Source: Rhynchobatus australiae (taxonomy: Eukaryota). From it: a DNA stretch of 64,000 nucleotides. Numbering within the stretch: position 1 is the stretch's first letter; each line of letters begins with the position of its first letter. The notes beneath the pieces were generated by a model. The model had not been told where the DNA came from. It worked only from the letters and a program-made list of their open reading frames with translations, and did no database searches. Made by a program: the position numbers and the translations under genes. This document shows, piece by piece, positions 25,976-39,319 of the stretch. The stretch covers positions 27,517,233 to 27,581,232 of the forward strand of contig JAUZTB010000017.1 in assembly GCA_034780895.1 (NCBI GenBank), read 5' to 3'.

Positions 25976-27454
25976 AAGGTCTGCCTTAAAGTTCAGCTCC
26001 AGGCAAAATGTCAGGATTCCTATGGGATCTATGTTCTGCATGATAGCTGGGTCCACAGTTTTAGATCAGAATTCAATGTGGCCCTGGCATATTACATTAG
26101 GAGAGTTATACCTATGCCTGTCCAAAAGCAAACATTATCGCTTAATTTGGCAGTCTCATTGAAAAACACATCAAGTACATTTAAGATGCTAGGAAACTCA
26201 TAAATGAGCACCTGTGCATTCTCTCTTTTTCATGAAAAGTGAATCCCACGTTACAGCAATTCAGGTAATAGAAATTCTGTAATATAAATTACAGAATTCA
26301 TAGATCACTACCAAAAAAATTGAGATATGGAATGAAAATTTGCACTTATGGAATTTATGTGGGAAAAAATAACTAAATAAACACAAAAGTATGAAAGAAA
26401 CAGCAATTTTTTTCAAGGGTTCGCGATACAGATAGTTTTCAAGGAACACAACCCCTCTATTACACAGGGTGTACTGTATCAGACCTGCACTGGAAGCACA
26501 AGCTAGCTGAGTAGGAACAGAATGTTGAAGTTCATGAGTCAAAGACTGGGGCTTTTAGACCCAACATTAGGTTAGCTCAATTTTCAGACATTTGGAACAG
26601 AAACCTGATATGTTTTCCCTATTGTTTGCCACATCTAGATGGCCTAAATCCCATTTTAAGTCATTTGTCACAAATGGCCTCAGGATCGTTAAGTGAATTC
26701 AGGTGGAAGAAAGTTCATTTTACAAACAACTTTCAAAAATTATTCCTGTGGCAGTCATAATTCTCCACTGCATTATACCAAATGTCTACACTGCCAACTC
26801 TCTTCACCACTGCCCCCACTGCCCTCCATCTGGCCCTGGGTGCTGCTCTACTCCTTCTCCCAGGACATACCTTCTTGTAGCTGCTGGCAAGACAAATGTG
26901 CCAAAACTTTCTGTTTACAAATGGGCAAGTTACCCTGTACTGGGGGTGGGGAGCAGGGGTTGGGACAGTTTACAGAGATAATGCCAGTGGATCACTAACA
27001 ACATTATAGTTAGTGGAACATTATAGAACAACCCTTCCATTTGGGTTATACACCATTTATATAATATTAATTTGGGACTTGATTTTTTTCTCCATTGTGC
27101 ACAATTACAGCCACTTGTTTCCTCAAACAACACAAAGGAGGATGTCCTTGTAAATCGTACATAATTCTGACTCAACAAATTGATCTTAACTATTTTTATC
27201 TTTATTGTTAAATGTAATTAAAATATATCAGATTGAATAAATATGTCTTCACAAGTGTCTTAAACTATAATATTTCAAATCTAACAGTTCCTTCTTTAGT
27301 TCACTGAAGAAAATCAGTTGTAAAAATGAAGTCGAAGAGGATCAATGCTTAATCAATGTTTTTTTTAACTTTTGGTCACTCTATGCCAAATATTGAAAAC
27401 CTAAGTATTAATTTGTTGCACCTCCTTTACCAAGACTTGCTTTAATTTTTTTAG

Positions 27455-27550
27455 GCACTTTGTGCATCAGCAACAATGCAAACGATTCGAGCAGCAGACA
27501 CCAATCAAATAAACAAGCTAATTTTTCGTGAATCAATGAATGATCGGAAG
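27455..27550 (+). CDS. INPP5A: INPP5A-like coding exon (ALCASATMQTIRAADTNQINKLIFRESMNDRK)
   Basis: Acceptor tttttttag|GCA, donor AAG|gtatgc; 96 nt, phase 0-0; resembles recalled INPP5A TLCTKATMQTVRAADTNEVVKLIFRESDNDRK. Confidence 0.95.
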
Positions 27551-27632
27551 GTATGCTTCACGTGAGGTAAAATCATTTATTGAGAATGTTTATGTACAAT
27601 ATGTATTTAAGTACTTTTCCTTTTTGCTATAG

Positions 27633-27707
27633 GTGGTGCTTCAACTAGAAAAGAAGCTTTTTGATTATTTTAACCAAGATGTATTTCGGCAAAACAATGG
27701 TGTTGAG
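27633..27707 (+). CDS. INPP5A: INPP5A-like coding exon (VVLQLEKKLFDYFNQDVFRQNNGVE)
   Basis: Acceptor ctttttgctatag|GTG, donor GAG|gtgaga; 75 nt; LQLEKKLFDYFNQ matches INPP5A. Confidence 0.95.
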
Positions 27708-29197
27708 GTGAGAATTTGATTTGCTTCTCAAATGGTAGTTGATGACATTGTTAACTTTGAGTTGTCTATTGAATCTTCAAATCTGAAGCAGTGGCAAAAG
27801 GTGAAATGTGACTGGCTTATGCTACTTGCTGATCTAAAATGTGGCAGTTTGTTAACATTTGTTGCTACAGAACTTTTAATTCTCCCAGCACAATGTTAAT
27901 CAATTAAATTACTTAATACAGCTTGTTTATTGAGCGCATCTTTTGAACCACAATGAATGCAACTCTCCTGATTTTCATTTCCATTGACTTCACTGTAAGT
28001 AAAACAAAACAGGGCAAATATTTAATGGAGAGCTAAATTGATATAACGAAAACTTCAAAATTGCCTCCAATGAGTTCACAGAAAATGTAACATATTCAGA
28101 AGATACATTTCTGTATAAGAGGTACTAAAATATCATCCTGGAACATACTTCCCTAATAGGATATTGCTCTGAAGCCTTCGGTATTTATTAACACAGCTTC
28201 TCTTTCTTCCTGTGATTCTGTTCAGTCTTCCACCCGCCACTTTGAAATGCCACTCCCTTAGTTGTTTATTCAGTCTTCAATTAAATTATAGGCAGACTGC
28301 CAAGTCTGGAATAATACTAACAGAGGGGGGCATCTCTTTCTCTCAAGGAGGTGGAGTTTTGAATTTTGAGAAGGGAAGTCCATTGCTGCAAATAAGCACT
28401 CATCATTTTTAATTCAGGAGACAGAGGGCAAGCTTTGTTGAGGAATTCTGTCCTTCGGTGATCAATTATCACTGCACCAGTTAAGGGTGAATGTTTGTTT
28501 ATTGTTACAGTGGAGATTATTGAACCCATTACAGCACAATAAGAAGCAGTCCATCAGCTAACTGGTCTTATTCTCATGTTTTCCTCCATATCCCTTCTTG
28601 GCACTTAATCTCCCTCCTTCTCCTCCATCCTTCCATAGTCCCACNNNNNNNNNNNNNNNNNNNNNNNNNNNNNNNNNNNNNNNNNNNNNNNNNNNNNNNN
28701 NNNNNNNNNNNNNNNNNNNNNNNNNNNNNNNNNNNNNNNNNNNNACTCCTTCCTGACCTTTGCCACTAAAGGACTGAACACCTGCTATTAATGGAATATG
28801 CCAGGATCAAATATAATTTTGGTGGAAATTCCTGTTCTTACAAGAAACCTTAACTGCGGTACATGATGGAATGAGTCCCTCCCATTGGTGCTAGTGCAGT
28901 GCGGAGGAGATGGACATTGTTCAAGGTGCATTTTACTTGTCAATGTGAAATGCTAACTGTTGGTTTGTGTGCTTGGTTGAGGTGTTGCTCAGTGGTCACC
29001 AGCACTATTCCCTTCCTCCTACATTGGATATCTTGCTTCCACTGTATCTCTGAGGAGTGGAAGACACCCATGTGTGAATTCTTTTAACGTAGGGTGACCA
29101 CTGCTGAGTGAGGTCTTAGTCCATTTACGAGGCCGTCCAAGATGATAGGTGACGAGGCTCTTCTGCACAGATTTAGAACACAGATGTATATGGAGAT

Positions 29198-29281
29198 ACG
29201 CGCATGCACACATACGTACACACACACACACACACACACATACATATGTACACACACACGCAAACCCCATATGCGTGTGTG
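29198..29281. repeat. (CA)n microsatellite with degenerate flanks
   Basis: Direct reading: tacacacacacacacacacacacatacatatgtacacacacacg. Confidence 0.9.
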
Positions 29282-31319
29282 ATACCATGCAATAGCATAA
29301 GCCATTATCAAAGAAAGATACTGAAAGGAATTGATTTCAGAAGTAGAATATCTAGCCACTGCCACAGTGTATGTTTGGCACTGCTGACAGGCAATTAGTT
29401 TTTGGGCAAGTTTATAAATGGTCCTAGAGTTTGATCTCTATTTCAATGCCATAAAAGGTACATATAATATTTGTACTATATAATACTTTATTTTGTAAAT
29501 GTTAACCACCAGGTTTGTAAGGAATATTTCCGTGGAAAAGAGAATGGTTAAATTCTTGAGAGGCTGTTTTACAATGGGCTGTAGNNNNNNNNNNNNNNNN
29601 GAGTTGATCCAAACTGAATGTGATAGTTCAGCATTTACCATCACCTCTGCCCTGAAGCAATTCACATGCCAGAAGATATCAAACATCAGTCCCTAACTCA
29701 TGCACTGACGGTATCCTTAGGGGCAGCAAGTAGCCAGGTTTCAAAGGTGACTGTTTACATCAGACTGAATTTAATCAAACTGAATCCCAGCCAGTTTTAA
29801 CCCAGCAGCACGAGGTGGGAGTTTTTATCTGAACAAAGATCTGAGTAAATGCGTATCCCCCATTTCAATGGAGGTTAGAATGCAAAACATTTCCAAATTG
29901 AGAACAAATAAACAGTGCCCTTCGGTATAAATGGGGTTATAGTGCATGAATGTCTTGTCTCTTGATCGGTAAAACTTTATCTGCAGTGATTAAATCATGG
30001 GTACATTAGTGGTAACCACAGCAGACCCAATTTATTCCATGGATGAGAAAGACCTGAGTTATTTTTTTTACTTGAGGAATAAACAGAGTTTAGGGCTTTC
30101 TGTTCTTCCTATCCTGGATAATGGTATTGACTGCATCACATTTATTTCCTGAAATAAAACAATTTAAACCAGGGGATTCTTTACATTTTAACCATCCCTC
30201 AGGAGGGCTCTTTTCTTATTTGCTCAGAATTTCATATGCCCTATATCAGAATTGCTCAATGAGTCTGCTCTGCTAGCTCAGTGGCTCAACTCATTGCCCC
30301 GCTTTACACTGAACTATAAGTGCCTCGAAGATTTCTGTTTCATTTCAAATCTCTGCAGTGAAGCTCAGTGTCTCTAGACCCAGAAGACCAGCGGTTTAGC
30401 CATGATTCTGGATTATGTCTCCTACTGAAACTTGGTGAATAGAGATATTGAACAAGAATAAGGATCAGGTTTAGAATTGATGACCCCATTGGGCTTAATA
30501 CCCTTTGTTGTTTCAGCTTGTATTTGAGGTATGATAACTTGGTGGAGTTCTAAACGCTGCCAAAAGCAGTCACCATCAGGAGGAATTTTAATTTAGTGTG
30601 ACAGCCTTGAATTAGGAGCTAAAGTCTCAGGGTAAGTGGTTGCTCATTTAAGACTGAGGTGAAGAAGAGGAATTTGCTGTGTGATAATGCATGGCCCAAT
30701 TCACAATTTGATTTATATAACTGAAGACCTAGTTCAATCCTGTGGGATTTGTACGGGGAGCCACATAGTTACTCAATGTTTGATAGGAGGTGGAGATTTT
30801 AAAAGAAGCCATGCTGAGTTTTTTCAGTGCATTGTTGGGAGGCTTATGGTGTGCTTTTTGTACTACCTTTATTACTAGATTTTCAATGTTCCTGTATTCT
30901 TGGTTGAAGTGGTGAAAGAAGGCAAGCTGAGGAAAACAATAGGCACCAGACCACATATACAAACCTTTGTAATCCATCATTGGTTAGGACTGAAGGTAAC
31001 TCCCTCAGATTTGGAGTTAGCAGGAAGCCTGATGAAAAGTATTGTCATAAGGAGCATGGGGTTCTGCAAACAACCTACAGCAGGGAACAGGACTACTCTC
31101 ATTGTTAATTGTAGCTTATTAGGAGCATGCAGTACAATATTAGCTAATGTACTATTCATGTATATATCAAATAGGAGAATGATAGTTATTCATTGTGTAC
31201 AGTCCTTCTCTCATCCTTGCCATTGAATAACATGGCACTGCTACAAAGTGATACTGCGTGGGTGCATTTTCCCAAGTACGGAATTCATTGATGCCTTCCA
31301 CATGATATTTGTTTGAAGT

Positions 31320-33420
31320 GTAATGGAGTATGGTGGTCATGTTACTGCAGGAGTAATCCAGAAGCTAGAATTAATGGTTCAGAAATACGAGTTCAAATCC
31401 CACCATCGCAGCTGGGAATTTAAATCTAATTAGTTAAATTAATCTGAAATAAAAGCTGGTATCAGTGGCAATAATTGTGAAACTAGCAGATATCTGTAAA
31501 CAGCCATCTGGTTCACTAATGTCTGCTAATGGAAATCTGATGCCTGTACTTGGTCTAGCCTACATGTGACTCCAGTTTCACAGCAATACAGTTGACTCTT
31601 AACTGCCATCTGAAATGGCTTAGGTATCAAGGGAAAATTAGGATCTAAAAGACCACCAGACCTCAGTCTAGGTACTGGAGTTGGATGCAGCAAAAATCAC
31701 TCTTGTCCACCATGCAAAGTCCTCCACATGAACATGTGGGGATGTGCAAGAATTGGGAGAGGTATTCCACAGACTATCCCTGAAGCAGCCTAACACAGAA
31801 GTAGAGCATAGAACATAGAAAACCTACAGCACAATTCAGGCCCTTCAGCCCACAAGGCTGTGCTCACAGAATCATAAATTACACCATTACTGACCAGATC
31901 CTGAAGGACCCAGCTGCCTAGAGCGGATGGTGAAAGAAGCAATGTGAGGGAAAAACCTACCAGGTCTTGTCCTTACCTATCTACTTGTGCTCCATGAAAG
32001 TATTGACATGAGTGGCCACCACACAGCCCTAATGGTGATAAAATCTTATCTTCAAACTGAGAACATTTTCCATCATGTTTGTGGCACCATTACTATACGA
32101 TGCAGGACTGATTCAGAATGGATTTGGTAGTTCAAAACTGGGCATCCATGAGGCACTGTGGGCCATGTGCAGCAGCATATATGAATTCCACCACAATCTG
32201 TAATTTCAGGACACAGCAAGGTGAACCTCTCTCTGCATTTACCACAAAACCGATACTACGTAATGAGTGAGCACGCTGCCTGGGGGAGAGGTTATCAGAT
32301 GACAATTTGTCTGTCGTGCTGAGGACTTGAACTCCAGAACTAGCTGTGTGTCCAGCCAAGCTGTCCGAGCACAACCAAAATGTTGGGCAACATATCTGAC
32401 AATGCCTTGTCCACAAAAAGCAAGACAAATCCAATGCAACCTATTTCTATCCCTTTAGCCTGCACTCAATCGTCAAAAAAAAGATGAAAGATTTTGGCAT
32501 TAATGCTATCAAAGGGCATCTATTCAACAATAACCTGCTCATTGATGTTCGGTTTTGGTTCCAGGTCTCATTTGTTACAAACATGGAAAAAAAACTAAAT
32601 TTCAGAGGTGATGTGAGAGTGACTGCCCTTAACATCAAGGCATCTTTTGACAGCAATAGGATGTCTTAAGTTCATCAAGATTTGAAGGAATGTCCGTTGA
32701 TTGTCGTTCAATGTTAAGTCCTACTCCCGCTTGCCCTGAAAAGAAAGTGCTGCCTGCAGTGACCCAGAAAACATTCAGCTGTGGGCTGATGAGATTCAAG
32801 CATTATATGTACCAAATAATCCGCACCAATGGCCATCTTCAATAGTCACCTACTATGCAGTAGGATTACCATCACCAAATTCCCCAATCGTCAGCCGATC
32901 AACTTTGACCAAAAGTTTAACTATATCTTTCACATGAAGACAGACAAGTCAGGGCCCTTGCTTTCTTTGTCTCCAAACCCCAAAGTCTTGCCACTATCTA
33001 CCAGGTACATGTCAGGATATTGATGAAATACTGTCTACCTGCCTGGATGATGCGACAATATTTGAGATACTCACATCATCAAATACAAAGTTACCTGCAT
33101 GAATGTTACTTCATCTGCTGCAAGCATTTAATCCCTTGTCACTGGCGTACAGTCTACTATCTACCAGATGTACTGCAGCAACTAACCAAGACTTCTTCAA
33201 CAGCCTGGATGTTTGGGGACAATATCATGTACGAATCTCAGTTCTTCCTTCCATCATCACTGCATCTAAATATAGGAACTTGCTACCAAATTGCACTCTG
33301 TGAACACCTTCCTGAGGAGTGCAGTGGCCCAAAAAAGGCACACGCTTTCTCTTTCATAAGGACAATTCAGAATGACCAATAATGTTGGCCTTGCCAGCCA
33401 CATACATTCCTGATGAGTGG
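31320..33420 (+). mobile_element. tRNA-derived head contiguous with a decayed, internally deleted CR1/L2-group LINE
   Basis: B-box gagttcaaatcc (31389-31400); endonuclease-start-like KVLHMNMWG (~31716); RT remnants RVTALNIKASFD (~32617), IQLWADE (~32773), MKYCLPAWM (~33023); tail ccaataatgttggccttgccagc (~33390). A short minus CR1 tail is inserted at ~31805-31862. Confidence 0.6.
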
Positions 33421-36400
33421 ACCACACTGGAAGGGCTGAGTGTGGGAAAGGCTTTTCATTATAATTAACTGATAGAATGTACTCCTGCTAAAATAAAGAC
33501 ATGGTTGCGATGTGCTGGCTATTCCTGCTGTTTTATATAAGTTTGGTTAAGCAGTTTCTTATGCTTATTTGCTAGAAACAACTGTATACTTGTGCCCCAA
33601 CTTAAGAGGCTACCATTTCTTCACCACGTAACTGCAGACATTGAAGTGATGTTATGCAGGAGACCCCTGTGAGTTTAGGTTGAGGCCTTGCTTGGTCGTG
33701 TTTGAATGCACACAACCTGTCATCCCCCATGCATATTAGGAAAAGAAATCTCCCAGCCCTTCGCAAAAAAACCATGGATTGAACCCAAAGACAAACGAAG
33801 TGTCAATTTTCCTTGGCAATCTCTGTCCATCGGAAAGTTCTGAAAGCCAGAGCCACTATGTCAACTTTGGGGCGGATTTGTAATTGAGTGGCAGTTTCCC
33901 AAAGCACAATCTGCATGCACCAAATTCCCAATCACATTTAGGAATCAGTTTTCTACTGATAAATAAAATTCTACCATGTAATGCATCAAACACTAAACTG
34001 CAGGATAGCTTTTATAGGCAAATGAATGCACAAAATATAGAAAGGACGTACGGCAAAAAGTATATTTAATTTTTATTGTTTGATGAGTCACTTGAAACTC
34101 TGTGTTTTGAAACTATAGTTAGGAATCCTTGATAAAGCTTAGTTATAAGCAATCCCAACTCAGCTCTTTGCTGAAGCAAATTATCAAGGTGACGTAATAA
34201 CTTTCAAGGGGTGACTAGCTCATTCATTCCTTTCTAAGTGCTTAGTTGTGTTTCCAGTAGTGGACAGAAGTCAGCCTTGGCCCATGTGTTGGATGCAATA
34301 GTCAAGAATAATGTGGGATTTCCAGTTGTCTTGGAATATCAGGGAAATAAGGCAGCCATTCTTAAAGCCAAAAATATCCCTCATTTCCTCACCTCCCATT
34401 GTTGTAATGGAAATTCAGTTCGAATGAACTCCTTTTCCTGACTGTTGCAAAATTTTAAAAAATAGTTTTGTACTTTTTACTGAGTGGTCTGATATTTAAG
34501 ATGCAATTTCTCCCCTGAAGATGGGCATTTTCAGAAATCTTCCACTGAGGCAATACATTCCATTTGCTGCTTGCTTTTCCGACTGTGAACACACCACTTC
34601 ATTTTTTCACATTCACTGTGTTGCAGCAGAATTCATTATGTTTGATTTCATTGCAATGCAAGAAGGTGAGCAGCTTCTCTAGATCAACTTCAGGGAAAGA
34701 TAAATGATTTAATGAGCCATTTGAGATAATCTAATCTTCATGGTCTAGTTATACACAGAGCAGTGTGATCACTAAAAACAAACTGCCCTTCTTCAGGATG
34801 AATGTTCCTAGACCAAATTCCCCCCAAAAAATCTATTGCATCCTTCATCAACCACTAGTCTTGTACTAGGTTGACAGAAATTTAATTCAAGTCAGCTCTT
34901 GAAAATAATTATTGTATTTTGAGAGCAGTAATCATTGGTTTGGACATGATTGAATGTGTCCATGCCTATTGACTTTTTCTATGATTTATAGGTTTGTTTA
35001 GTCGATATTCCCATCTAAATTGTATAATTAATTATAAGTGTAGCTGTCAAGTCAGAGGATGGAATGCACTGATGAGTATTTGGGAAGATTAAATTTTCCT
35101 TTGCCATACAGATGTAGAATTGGGAATTTCACAGGCCTGCTGCTGGATAAAGTTGTTCTTGGTGCCTGCTTATTTAGTCTCTGACTTGCTGCATGCTGAA
35201 GTGCCATTGATTTTTAGGCTTTATCTGTGTGATGTCTCTCCAGTAACACTGGAATCTATTTAAATTGAACAATCACTGAAAAACTTTGTTGTCAGTAAAC
35301 TATTCTGTCACTGTCCTCTTAGTCTCTCCCACACACAGTCTACTAAACCACAATTTTATCCTTACAGCATTTTATTAGCCGTACAATAAAACAAACCCTT
35401 CTGGAAATTGTTTTGTTTTTAAGGATGCCTTGTAATTAATTGTATTTGATATTGTTTTTGAAACAGTTCACTCTTTATCATCTGTTTTTTTTTGTCAGCA
35501 GGGTCTAAGAACAACATTTTCCAAAGTTGTATTCTAAAGCAGATAACCCCTTAAACTGTTGTATGTTCTCTCGAGTTCTAATTACTTGAGCAATAGAAAG
35601 GTTAGAAGTAAACTGTTAAAAGTGTATGTTTTAGTTTGGATATATTCCAGTGCCATTATGACGTGGTCCTTAAAACTCAAATGAATCATTTTAAGGTTCA
35701 CAATGCATTACGTACCACAACAAATTGTTATATAATTATGTGGCTTTGAGACAGTGCAACNNNNNNNNNNNNNNNNNNNNNNNNNNNNNNNNNNNNNNNN
35801 NNNNNNNNNNNNNNNNNNNNNNNNNNNNNNNNNNNNNNNNNNNNNNNNNNNNNNNNNNNNNNNNNNNNNNNNNNNNNNNNNNNNNNNNNNNNNNNNNNNN
35901 NNNNNNNNNNNNNNNNNNNNNNNNNNNNNNNNNNNNNNNNNNNNNNNNNNNNNNNNNNNNNNNNNNNNNNNNNNNNNNNNNNNNNNNNNNNNNNNNNNNN
36001 NNNNNNNNNNNNNNNNNNNNNNNNNNNNNNNNNNNNNNNNNNNNNNNNNNNNNNNNNNNNNNNNNNNNNNNNNNNNNNNNNNNNNNNNNNNNNNNNNNNN
36101 NNNNNNNNNNNNNNNNNNNNNNNNNNNNNNNNNNNNNNNNNNNNNNNNNNNNNNNNNNNNNNNNNNNNNNNNNNNNNNNNNNNNNNNNNNNNNNNNNNNN
36201 NNNNNNNNNNNNNNNNNNNNNNNNNNNNNNNNNNNNNNNNNNNNNNNNNNNNNNNNNNNNNNNNNNNNNNNNNNNNNNNNNNNNNNNNNNNNNNNNATAA
36301 TCACCAGTTCACAGAAGCCAGAATTAGTAGGATACATGTCAAGAGCCAGTTTCTACAATCTGAATTAAAGTTGGACCAATGTAAGCAACTGAATCGTGTT

Positions 36401-38269
36401 AATTCACAGGAACCAAACAACCTAATATCATCCAAAAAGGTTCAAGGTGAACCTGGCTTCTTCATTACTTGCTTTTTATTAGTACTGGTGCATCTAATGC
36501 ATAGATTTGAAACAAAATTAAGCGGACAATTCAAGATGTTTTCAGTTGATAAAAACTTTCATTCGCAGACATTTCTATCAGACTATTTCCAAAATGCTAG
36601 TCACATTTTCCCTTTCCTCCAAACATCATTTAATGTTTGCATCTGCAGTGCCTCTAGTGAATGCTGCTGATGAGTTTGACAAATGTAAGTAGCATCACCT
36701 CTTGATCTGGCTCACTGCAGGTTTGGTCTTTGGATACTGAAGAGTAATAGCTGCTGTTCTGCTGACTGTGGTAATCCAGAATGTGCCAAAGAATTAGTAA
36801 TTCAAGAACAGTGGGAAAGTTTGTGAAATCCTGTCAAATAACTGCACTGAACATTTTGCTACATTTTGTATTACCATTATGACATTTTTCTAATACATCC
36901 TTTCATTCTTTGAACCTGGAATGAAGAAAGTCAGTGAATGGATACTGATACTTAAATATTACTGATAGTAAGTCTCAGATGGTATGAATGAGATTTTCCA
37001 CCATATGTCTTTGAAGATATGCCTCCTCACCATTCATTAGGAACCTTACTGAATTTACTGCCTCCTTCGTAGTTATTAGATGAAAATTTTGATGAACGAG
37101 TGTCACTAATGTGACCCTTAATGACTTGAATATGCCAGTGAATCCACGATCTGGCATGCTGCCCAATTTGACTGCTCTTGGTGCCCACCATGTTATCCTG
37201 TTATGGGCACAGAGACCTGGCCAAGCTGGCTCTCTGCATGTGAGAATTGTCCCGCCAAACGGAGTGGGCATGAGTGGCCTGGACCACCCTGACAAGCCTG
37301 CTGTGGTCAAAAGCCAGTCAGATGGAGACATTTAAAAACTGGTCAAATAGACATAATTAATTCCAAAAAAAATTAAACATATTTAAAATAATAATTAAAA
37401 TCACTTGAAAATGATGGCATTAAATTAAAATATTAGTAATAATAAAGAAAGTAAATTAAGTAAAACATTTATCTGCACTTTCCTTTTTAGTTAAGGTGGC
37501 TAAGCCCATTCAAATGACTGAGGCTGTGCTTTTAGCCTCGGGGGCAGAGCAGTTTGTTCCCAATAAACTGTGAAATGCAGGTGCAAGGCTTGCAGTGGTG
37601 CTAATTATGTGAGAACGTGGTGGATTAAGTGAATATTGGGCATACTGATAGGGATTGTTGGTAGGTGAGTGCTGAAGAACCTCTGAATTAAACTGGCTCT
37701 GAGGCGAGTGACAAAACTTGTTAGATATGGAATCTGGCAATGTTTTTTACTGGCTTTAGCCACCTGTGTGAGATCAATAAATCTCCCAGCACTGCATTCA
37801 GGTTCTTGAGGCTTGATTTCTCACATTGACTATGATAGCCATTAGCTCCCATTGTCTTTGATATGTAGAGCCTATTCCCACCAACATTCCTAGAAATCTA
37901 TGGATACATGATATATTTTCTACTGTGTATCACGTCCTTCCAGATCCCTAGCACTGTCAGAAAGTCTTGGAGCTCCTCCCTCATATTGTGCATTACAGTT
38001 TCTCTGGTCATCTAATTTGTAGAATGACGGCATTTGCCAGTGCATGCTGCAGCCACACTTCATGACAGGCTGGCATGCTATTGGTTCCCTGCTAATGCAT
38101 CTAGTCAATCAATGTAATTGATAATGGCAATATGGTGACATCATTATTGTGTAAGACAACAAGAACTTGCTGTGCTGCCTCCATTGTAATCAACAAGCTG
38201 AAAACATTCAAGCATGGTAATCAACTTCAACAGCAAGTATACTGCAAGGATGTAGGTAGCTATTATTTT

Positions 38270-38500
38270 AGAACCGAAGGTGACAAGGATGTGGATTTGA
38301 ACGTCCAGCAAATGTCAAATAGGATCCCAAGGTTCCAAGCAGTCTGATACAGTCTCAACCAGTTGCCACAGAGTGTCATGAAATCAAAGGCTAGGATAGG
38401 AACTGAGTTTGTGACAGGAGCCAAAGTCAATAGCTTTGTTCTTCCCATTATATAATCAGGGGAAATTTCACCTCATCTGATTGTAGTTTGTGAATAAAAT
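38270..38500 (-). mobile_element. L2-type LINE fragment
   Basis: gtcaaataggatcccaaggttccaagcagtctg...gctttgttcttccca resembles a recalled elasmobranch L2 RT region (minus translation ...NLGILFD). Confidence 0.55.
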
Positions 38501-38814
38501 CTGGTTGTGTTACTTCGTTATGAATTACACTTGTATATCAGGAGAGAAACTGTGATTGCAGTAATTTTCTTGGGCAAATCAAATGCAAAAACTGCATATG
38601 TAACCTGGAATGACTTTGGGACAGGCTGACAGGAGGAAGATTCCTGCAGGGATTCTGTCATGAGCCCTAGACCAGTTTGTCTTGGTGCTCATTTACATTA
38701 CACCAGACAGTCAATATCCTGAAATTGACAGGTGCAGCAAAAGGTTCTGAAGCTTCCACGCACCAAAGTTTCAAGGATTGGTTTTAAGCGTAAAGTTGAT
38801 GATAGAAGATGAGG

Positions 38815-39150
38815 TGGAAGCAGATGATGGCCCTTTGTCCCCTCATGCCTACTTGGTCATTCAATAAGATCAAGGCTGATCTGTTGCATCAATACCACTT
38901 TCTTGCACTATCCCCTGATTCCCTTAATTTCCAAAAGTTGATTGATCTCTATCTTGAATATACTCAGCAACTGAGGCTCCACAACCCCCTCTGGAAGAGT
39001 ATTCCAAAGATTCACTCTCTCTTCTCGAAAGAAACTCTTTCTTATCTTCATCCTGAAGGGCTGATCCCTTATTTTGAGACTGCAATCTCTGGTTCTGGAG
39101 ACCCCATCCAGTTGAAGCATCAATCCGCATCTACCCTGTCAAACTCCAGG
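38815..39150 (-). mobile_element. CR1 LINE 3' end
   Basis: Minus ORF GVSRTRDCSLKIRDQPFRMKIRKSFFREERVNLWNTLPEGVVE...IFKIEINQLL matches the CR1 ORF2 C-terminus. Confidence 0.85.
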
Positions 39151-39319
39151 CTTCTCCACACCTTCCAGTCCACAGAATATGCCCCAAATAACTGTGAGTT
39201 CTATCTTCAGTAGTTATCTGCCGATATGCCCATTCAACTGATGCCTTAGTGATGACACCACTGATGATACTGGAGGGATTAGTGTACCCAAAACAGGTCA
39301 CACAGGATGGATCAGGAAC

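Noticed and set aside
26693-26998. Overlapping 90-100 aa ORFs
   Set aside because: No recognisable domain or splice context; consistent with chance ORFs.
1-27454. Search for the upstream INPP5A exon (FGDFNFRLD) and, in 59616-64000, the downstream exon (GDHKPV region)
   Set aside because: Not found by eye; they probably lie outside the window or inside N gaps, so they are not annotated.
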